A DNA stretch of 49,418 nucleotides from Bacilli bacterium (GTDB lineage: Bacteria > Bacillota_I > Bacilli_A > RFN20 > CAG-826). Below, in pieces: positions 44,061 to 49,418 of the stretch; position 1 is the first letter of the stretch, and every line of letters starts with the position of its first letter. The position numbers and the translations under genes were made by a program. The DNA is taken from assembly GCA_049433705.1 (NCBI GenBank), contig JBMTFA010000002.1, positions 1 through 49,418 on the forward strand, written 5' to 3'. The notes beneath the pieces are model-generated. The model saw nothing but the letters and a program-made list of their open reading frames with translations, had not been told where the DNA came from and did no database searches.

Positions 44061-44995
44061 ACACCCATGAACCCGTGTTACTCACGGAAGTCATAAACGG
44101 ACTCAAGATTCGCCCCGAAGGTATCTATCTCGATTTAACGATAGGGAGAGGAGGACATGCAAGTCGCATTGAAACAAACTTAACTACCGGTCGTCTGCTT
44201 GGTTTTGATCAAGATGCCACAGCGATTGCTAGCCTTCAATCTTGGTTAAACAATCATCCTCATGCCGAACTCTATCACGAAAACTTCCAATATTTTCCAA
44301 AAGTATTGCAACGATTAGGGATAGAAAAAGTCGATGGTATTCTCCTTGATCTTGGTGTATCGAGTCCTCAATTTGATGTCCCTGAACGTGGTTTTAGTTA
44401 CCGTTTTGATGGGCCCTTAGATATGCGGATGGATCAACGACAACCCATCACAGCAGAAACCATCCTCGCTTCTACAGATATCAAGACCTTAACGAGTATC
44501 TTCCGAGATTATGCTGATGAAACCTTCGCTTACCCGATTGCCAAAGCGATTGTAAATACACGAAACACGCATCCGTTAAAAACTACCTATGACTTAGTGG
44601 CATTAATCAAAAAGGTCAAACCGATGAAGGCCTTGGCGAAAAAAGGTCATCCTGCCAAACAAGTGTTTCAAGCTTTAAGGATCGCTGTCAATGATGAAAT
44701 GGGTGTATTAAAACGAACCCTTGATAGCGCAAAAGATTACTTAAATCCGAATGGTCGCCTAGCTGTCATTAGCTTCCACTCTGGTGAAGATCGTCTGGTC
44801 AAACAAACGTTCCAAGGCTTAACGACTTTACAAGGCAGTCGTCATGGCATCGATAGTTTGTCTCAACCGCAAGCGCTTCAATTTCGCAAAATTGAACCGT
44901 ATCCAATCCTACCAAGTGAAGCGGAAATTAATCGCAACCATCGTGCCGAAAGTGCTGTGCTAAGAATCATTGAAAGGAAAGGACATGAAAAGTAA
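44057..44995 (+). CDS. rsmH: 16S rRNA (cytosine1402-N4)-methyltransferase
   Basis: 312 aa with DLTIGRGGHA and DLGVSSPQFD. ATGA overlap with mraZ. Confidence 0.95.
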   Translation: MNTHEPVLLTEVINGLKIRPEGIYLDLTIGRGGHASRIETNLTTGRLLGFDQDATAIASLQSWLNNHPHAELYHENFQYFPKVLQRLGIEKVDGILLDLGVSSPQFDVPERGFSYRFDGPLDMRMDQRQPITAETILASTDIKTLTSIFRDYADETFAYPIAKAIVNTRNTHPLKTTYDLVALIKKVKPMKALAKKGHPAKQVFQALRIAVNDEMGVLKRTLDSAKDYLNPNGRLAVISFHSGEDRLVKQTFQGLTTLQGSRHGIDSLSQPQALQFRKIEPYPILPSEAEINRNHRAESAVLRIIERKGHEK

Positions 44996-45284
44996 GCTAT
45001 ATAAAACCCATCGAAAAGCATCTTACTACCGCCTTCGGCGTTTAGGATATTTTTCCGTGTCGTTAATGATAGCGACTATTCTTGTGATTGTCCCCATCAC
45101 TTTAGCGCAAGCAAGTACCTTACCACCCTCAAGTTCAAGCACGAGTACAAGTGAACCAACAAGTGAAACCTCTAGCATGCTCAGCTCAGATACATCGGAA
45201 GTGGCGTCAGAGCAGACGAGTGAAGAGGTTGGAAGAAGTCTCGATGTCAGTGTTGATAAAACCGTTTTTCAAATTTACTTATAA
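44985..45284 (+). CDS. small hypothetical protein: basic N-terminus, one hydrophobic helix, Ser/Thr/Glu-rich tail (occupies the FtsL position)
   Basis: 99 aa from the ATG at 44985 (SD AAAGGAAAGGA). Its parts are KSKLYKTHRKASYYRLRRLG, then the TM segment YFSVSLMIATILVIVPITLA, then QASTLPPSSSSTSTSEPTSETSS... No homologue is recognised. Coding status is inferred from the SD, the position and the TM signal. Confidence 0.55.
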   Translation: MKSKLYKTHRKASYYRLRRLGYFSVSLMIATILVIVPITLAQASTLPPSSSSTSTSEPTSETSSMLSSDTSEVASEQTSEEVGRSLDVSVDKTVFQIYL

Positions 45285-45295
45285 AGGAGTAATTT

Positions 45296-45472
45296 ATGGA
45301 TACCATCTCATTACAAAATACGAAGACGTTAGAAAAGGTGTTTACGAATGAATTACAACAACGTAAATCAATTCGAATCAATCGAAGAAATATGTTGTTA
45401 AGTGTTTGTTTGATTGCCAGCGTGATTCTCGCACTTTATGTGTTGACCCCATTGTTTACAATTATTAGTTAA
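45296..45472 (+). CDS. 58-aa tail-anchored membrane protein not present in the ORF track (occupies the DivIB/FtsQ position)
   Basis: The ATG at 45296 has AAAGGAG 7 nt upstream. My own translation is MDTISLQNTKTLEKVFTNELQQRKSIRINRRNMLLSVCLIASVILALYVLTPLFTIIS, ending at TAA 45470-45472. The stop lies 8 nt before the ftsA ATG, and AAGGA serves as the ftsA SD. Confidence 0.55.
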   Translation: MDTISLQNTKTLEKVFTNELQQRKSIRINRRNMLLSVCLIASVILALYVLTPLFTIIS

Positions 45473-45480
45473 GGATATTC

Positions 45481-46704
45481 ATGGCGTTATCAATTCCGGT
45501 TTTCATTTTAGAAATTGGTTCAGGATCCATTAAACTCCTCGCTGGCTATGAGCTCAATAGTAAGCCAGTGATTTTGCACGTGATGCAATCGGAATATACA
45601 CCTATCATTGCCCAAGATAAACTCGTTGATCCGTTAAAGTCAACGCAATTGATTAAAAAATTAATTCGCGATATGGAAATCCACTTAAATCAAAAATGCC
45701 AAGCGTTACAAGTGGTGGTGCCGCCAATTCATCTTGAAGTTTTCCATGGTGAAAAGCGTACGAATACGGTTGATCCACATGGCATTATTCATCCAATGGA
45801 TATTAGTAATTTACACAACATGTTTAAAAAAGAATTCGTCGGAACCAATGTTGCCCAAGCAGCGATTGTGCCGATGAGTTATCAAATTGATGGCGATAAA
45901 TATTCGGTCAATCCGCCGATTGGTGAACAAACGTCAAACATTGTTTTACAAGCCTATGTCCAGTATATTCATGCGCAATTCTTTCAAGACATTGTCAAAC
46001 TCTTTGAAGGCATTGGCATCAAAGTTCAACGTTATATGTTAGATGCGCAAGGCATTGCCGATATGATCGAAACCCAATATAAAGACTTTGTGGAAACCTA
46101 TGTCTTGATTGACCATGGGGCCAATCAAACGTATTTAAATTTAATTTCTCAACATAAACTCATTCGTTCAGAAGTTTTAGAAACCGGCGCGGAGCAACTC
46201 ACTGCGATTATTGCTAACCGCTTTGGGATTAGTCTTCTCGATGCGCGCAATCTCAAAGAAAAATATGGTTATGAAACCCGGCATCAAATCTTTGATGGGA
46301 TGATTTACCAACAACAAGGGATTGTGATTCGGCAATCCAATTTCAACCAAGTGATCAAAGAATTTTATGATCATCTTTTAGAAGAGATGTTTATGGTCTT
46401 ACAAGAATATCGCGTCGATAAAACAACGATGGATTTAACCGATATGAAATTTGTACTAACGGGAGGTGGTGCTGCTTTACCTGGCATTCATGAACTATTA
46501 AAACCTCTCGGTCGCGCCCAAGGGGTTGAAAAACCATACATTCGTACGATCGGTGCCCGTCATAGTCAAAGTTTGTCATTACTCGGTGGCTTACGATTTA
46601 GTTACCGGTATACCTTAGTCGAAGATGATGTTCGTATCTACACTCGGTTAGAACGCCAAGCGCCTCAAGCGAAACGGCGATTTGTCAATTATGACGAAGA
46701 ATAA
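45481..46704 (+). CDS. ftsA: cell division protein FtsA
   Basis: 407-aa actin-fold protein with IFILEIGSGSIKLLAG, VLIDHGANQT and VLTGGGAALPG. It is immediately upstream of ftsZ. Confidence 0.9.
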   Translation: MALSIPVFILEIGSGSIKLLAGYELNSKPVILHVMQSEYTPIIAQDKLVDPLKSTQLIKKLIRDMEIHLNQKCQALQVVVPPIHLEVFHGEKRTNTVDPHGIIHPMDISNLHNMFKKEFVGTNVAQAAIVPMSYQIDGDKYSVNPPIGEQTSNIVLQAYVQYIHAQFFQDIVKLFEGIGIKVQRYMLDAQGIADMIETQYKDFVETYVLIDHGANQTYLNLISQHKLIRSEVLETGAEQLTAIIANRFGISLLDARNLKEKYGYETRHQIFDGMIYQQQGIVIRQSNFNQVIKEFYDHLLEEMFMVLQEYRVDKTTMDLTDMKFVLTGGGAALPGIHELLKPLGRAQGVEKPYIRTIGARHSQSLSLLGGLRFSYRYTLVEDDVRIYTRLERQAPQAKRRFVNYDEE

Positions 46705-46723
46705 CATAAAGGGGTAACTTACC

Positions 46724-47851
46724 ATGGGAAGAGAAAAATTTGTTGTTGATACCAATGAGCCTGCCGCCAAGATTATTGTCATTGGTGTCGGAGGTGCCGG
46801 CAATAACGCGGTCAATCGCATGATTGCTGAAAACATGAATCATGTCGAATTTTTTGTTGCCAACACAGATAAACAAGTGCTACAAACCTCACAAGCTAAA
46901 AATCGCCTAATCCTTGGTGAAAAAACCACCCATGGTCTTGGTGCGGGTGGTTCACCGGAAGTCGGTAAACTTGCCGCAGAAGAATCCAAAGAAGAAATTG
47001 CCGAAATTGTCAAAGGTGCTAACATGGTCTTTATCGCCGCAGGGATGGGTGGCGGTACCGGCACAGGTGCCGCACCTGTCATTGCCCGGATCGCCCGTGA
47101 AGCAAAAGCGTTAACCATTGCCATCGTCACGCGTCCCTTTACGTTTGAAGGTAAAGGCAGAATTGCCAATTCAGTCAAAGGGTTGAATGAATTACGTGAA
47201 GCCGTCGATGCCATCATCATTGTTTCTAATGATAAATTACTGATGTCTGCAGGAAATCAACCGATTGGTCAAGCGTTCAAACTTGCCGATGATGTCCTCG
47301 CCCGTTCGGTGAAAACGGTCACCGATTTAATCCTGATGCCCGCGGTGATTAACTTAGATTTTGCCGATGTGCGCAATGTCTTAAAAAATTCTGGTTTAGC
47401 CTTAATTGGGTTTGGTTTAGGTCAAGGGACAAACAAAGCGTTTGAAGCAGCCCAAAGTGCGGTGAGTTCACCGTTACTTGAATCGAGTTTAATGGGCGCA
47501 TCCAAAGCGATTGTCGCCGTAACCTGTGGTCCATTGGTTTCGCTTTACGAAGCGCAAGAAACTGTTGACCGGATTCGCGAAATTGCGAGTACAAACCTCG
47601 ACATTAAATTTGGGGTCAACATCAATGATCAACTCACCGATCAAATCCTTGTCTCGGTGATTGCCGCCCAATTCAATGAAGAATATGATTACACCACGGT
47701 GCCATCACCTTTATCGAAACCTAACACTGCCCCGAAAGCGGAACCTGATCAAGGTTTACTCAAACCGCAAGACGCCTTACCCAAAGTTCAACCTGTGGAA
47801 GATGAAGAAGACCTACTTCCTTCCTTTTTATCGGGGAAAAAATTATCTTAA
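46724..47851 (+). CDS. ftsZ: cell division protein FtsZ
   Basis: 375 aa with GVGGAGNNAV, the tubulin signature GGGTGTGAAPV, and the C-terminal peptide EEDLLPSFL. Confidence 0.97.
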   Translation: MGREKFVVDTNEPAAKIIVIGVGGAGNNAVNRMIAENMNHVEFFVANTDKQVLQTSQAKNRLILGEKTTHGLGAGGSPEVGKLAAEESKEEIAEIVKGANMVFIAAGMGGGTGTGAAPVIARIAREAKALTIAIVTRPFTFEGKGRIANSVKGLNELREAVDAIIIVSNDKLLMSAGNQPIGQAFKLADDVLARSVKTVTDLILMPAVINLDFADVRNVLKNSGLALIGFGLGQGTNKAFEAAQSAVSSPLLESSLMGASKAIVAVTCGPLVSLYEAQETVDRIREIASTNLDIKFGVNINDQLTDQILVSVIAAQFNEEYDYTTVPSPLSKPNTAPKAEPDQGLLKPQDALPKVQPVEDEEDLLPSFLSGKKLS

Positions 47852-47869
47852 TCTATCCACAGTCGCCAA

Positions 47870-48119
47870 GATAGCGTATAATCTTAATAACCGTTGAAGA
47901 AGCCACATGGATGGCCACAACAAGAGACTTCGTGGTTGGTGCAAACGAAGAACCCCCATCCATATCCCTTCTGAGGGTGAACTGAACATTAAGTAGGAAC
48001 ACCGGACCCTCCCGTTATCGAGGCACAATGAGCGCATTCTGAAACGAATGAAGCAAGGTGGTACCACGTGCATTCACGTCCTTGAACCCAAGGACGTTTT
48101 CTTTTTTTAGGAGGTAAAC
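47870..48119 (+). promoter_or_regulatory. T-box leader (probable Ile specifier AUC) upstream of ileS
   Basis: TATAAT at 47876-47881 and an AGAGA bulge. Stem I helix ATGGATGG (47907-47914) pairs with CCATCCAT (47956-47963), followed by ATC (47964-47966). The T-box sequence AAGGTGGTACCACG is at 48055-48068. The terminator is ACGTCCTT (48076-48083) / AAGGACGT (48090-48097) plus a T-run. Confidence 0.85.
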
Positions 48120-49418
48120 ATGGAACTCAAATCGACCTTACTCATGCCGAAAACAAGCTTTGACATGAAAGCGAATTTACCGGTGAAAGAACCGGCATTT
48201 TTAGCGTCTTGGAAAGCGATCAAACTTTACGAAAAAATGCGAGAAAAAAATCAGGGTAAGCCTGAATTTCAACTCCATGATGGGCCTCCCTATGCGAACG
48301 GTGACATGCATGTCGGTCACATGTTGAATCGGATTCTCAAAGATATCGTGGTTCGTTATCAAAACATGAATGGCAAAGACACCCCTTTTGTCTTTGGTTG
48401 GGACACGCATGGATTACCGATTGAAAATCACATGAGTAAAAAAGGGGTCAACCGCAAAACGATGAGTGTTGCTGCGTTTCGCCAACTATGTGATGCCTTT
48501 GCTCGTGAACAAGTCGAAAGACAAAAAGTCCAAATTCAACGCTTAGGGGTGGTTGGAGATTATGATCAACCTTACCTCACCCTAGACCCAGCTTTTGAAG
48601 CTTCCCAAATTGGCGTCTTCGCCAAGATGGCATTAAAAGGCTTGATTTACAAAGGTTTAAAACCAGTTTACTGGTCACCGAGTAGTGAATCGGCCTTAGC
48701 AGAAGCGGAAATAGTCTATGAAGATGTCACCGATCCTGCCATCCATGTTGGCTTTGAAGTGACCGATGGCAAAGGGATTATCCCCCAAGGAAGTAAGGTT
48801 GTCATTTGGACGACCACCCCTTGGACCATTCCGGCAAACTTAGCGATCAGCGCCCATCCCCACTTTGATTATGGCCTTTATCAAACCAATCTTGGTCCAT
48901 TATTATTTGCCACTGCATTAGTGAAACTAGTCAGTGAAGCCTTAGGTTTAACCACCTGCACCTTAACCCAAACGTTCAAAGGTAAGGTGTTGGAATTCAT
49001 TGAAACCAAGCATCCATTTTATGATCGATGTTCACCGATTATTTTAGGTGAACATGTCACCAGTGACACGGGAACCGGGTTTGTCCATACGGCCCCAGGT
49101 CATGGTGAAGATGACTTTATCGTTGGAACGAAATACCGACTTGAACCGTTTTGTCCCGTCGATAGTCGCGGCTATATGATGCCAGAAGCAGGAGCAGATT
49201 TAGCAGGATTATTTTATGCTGAAGCCAATCTCAAAGTCATTGAAAAATTAACCGCCTTAGGGGCCTTACTCGCCAACCATCCTTACCATCACCCTTATCC
49301 GCATGATTGGCGAACGAATAAACCTGTCATCTATCGGGCTACGCCGCAATGGTTCGCCTCGATTGAACCGATTCGAGAAACGTTACTCAATGAAATTGCC
49401 CGGGTTAACTGGACACCT
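48120..49418 (+). CDS. ileS: isoleucyl-tRNA synthetase (5' part; runs off the window end)
   Basis: The ATG at 48120 follows AGGAGG. My own translation starts [32 protein letters not shown], with the HIGH motif [12 protein letters not shown]. The frame stays open to the window end, which is why it is absent from the ORF track. Confidence 0.95.
   Translation, partial: MELKSTLLMPKTSFDMKANLPVKEPAFLASWKAIKLYEKMREKNQGKPEFQLHDGPPYANGDMHVGHMLNRILKDIVVRYQNMNGKDTPFVFGWDTHGLPIENHMSKKGVNRKTMSVAAFRQLCDAFAREQVERQKVQIQRLGVVGDYDQPYLTLDPAFEASQIGVFAKMALKGLIYKGLKPVYWSPSSESALAEAEIVYEDVTDPAIHVGFEVTDGKGIIPQGSKVVIWTTTPWTIPANLAISAHPHFDYGLYQTNLGPLLFATALVKLVSEALGLTTCTLTQTFKGKVLEFIETKHPFYDRCSPIILGEHVTSDTGTGFVHTAPGHGEDDFIVGTKYRLEPFCPVDSRGYMMPEAGADLAGLFYAEANLKVIEKLTALGALLANHPYHHPYPHDWRTNKPVIYRATPQWFASIEPIRETLLNEIARVNWTP

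Noticed and set aside
45120-45200. Short DNA-level repeats (ACAAGTGAAcc / ACAAGTGAAacc) in the Ser/Thr-rich region, considered as a possible tandem-repeat or contingency locus.
   Set aside because: There are only two imperfect copies, and they simply encode a repeated TSE(P/T) peptide. No homopolymer or multi-copy array that would support phase variation is present.
45151-45351. 66-aa ORF bridging the two small dcw genes.
   Set aside because: It is out of frame with both better-supported small ORFs, each of which has an SD and a TM segment. It has no SD of its own.
46840-47220. 126-aa antisense ORF inside ftsZ. Similar shadow ORFs occur at 12087-12449 (in ezrA), at 18245-18604 and 18605-18892 (in pyk), and at 23712-24014, 25823-26062, 36982-37269 and 37741-38031.
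   Set aside because: They lie entirely within strongly supported conserved genes on the opposite strand or in another frame. They have no SD or promoter and show low-complexity or odd composition. They are typical frame shadows.
47854-47862. DnaA-box-like 9-mer CTATCCACA just downstream of ftsZ.
   Set aside because: It is a single copy with one mismatch to TTATCCACA. There is no cluster of boxes or AT-rich unwinding element nearby, so a chance occurrence is most likely.
1-49418. Possibility that the window hides a defence system, prophage, IS element, CRISPR array or other accessory island.
   Set aside because: Every ORF longer than 60 aa outside the shadow frames is assignable to a housekeeping family or sits inside the dcw cluster. 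Intergenic space is minimal and is fully explained by T-box leaders, r-protein leaders, promoters and terminators. I saw no direct-repeat arrays, inverted terminal repeats, or integrase/transposase-like proteins.
1-49418. Mycoplasma-type genetic code (TGA = Trp), given the Mollicute-like dcw cluster.
   Set aside because: Well-conserved genes end at TGA at their expected lengths: coaX at 3218-3220, glgP at 36906-36908, mraZ at 44058-44060, and pyk and dnaE via ATGA overlaps. All large ORFs are intact under the standard code, with Trp encoded by TGG.

Overview
This is a dense core-chromosome segment with about 45 protein genes. I found no rRNA or tRNA genes, no mobile elements, no CRISPR array and no recognisable defence or toxin genes.

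Gene content:
- Aminoacyl-tRNA synthetases: leuS, tyrS, thrS, pheST and the 5' part of ileS. Four are preceded by T-box leaders (Leu partial, Thr, Phe, Ile).
- Translation: the rpsD and infC-rpmI-rplT ribosomal/IF3 units, each with a leader RNA.
- Central metabolism: a glycolytic kinase operon (pfkA-pyk-ROK kinase), ackA and glgB-glgP.
- Replication and repair: dnaB(Firmicute type)-dnaI, mutM fused to coaE, polA, dnaE and nrnA.
- CoA and NAD salvage: coaX plus an ECF S-component, and pncB.
- Other: several peptidases and a cell-division cluster.

Context and taxonomy (inference only): from memory, the gene order mirrors the Bacillus subtilis yt/ys region in compressed form. The division cluster is mraZ-rsmH-two tiny membrane ORFs-ftsA-ftsZ, with no peptidoglycan genes. 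TGA is a stop codon. Together these suggest a wall-less, Firmicute-derived lineage using the standard code (Acholeplasma-like).

I did not find a convincing novel multi-gene system; this looks like an ordinary housekeeping region. The items most worth a second look are:
- A tandem-duplicated AdoMetDC-like pyruvoyl-enzyme homologue at the head of the glycolytic operon.
- The stripped-down dcw cluster, including a 58-aa ORF that is missing from the ORF track.
- An EzrA homologue without its N-terminal membrane anchor.
- A MutM-CoaE fusion.
- tyrS coupled to a CcpA-like LacI regulator instead of a T-box.
- A DnaI with a degenerate Walker B motif.
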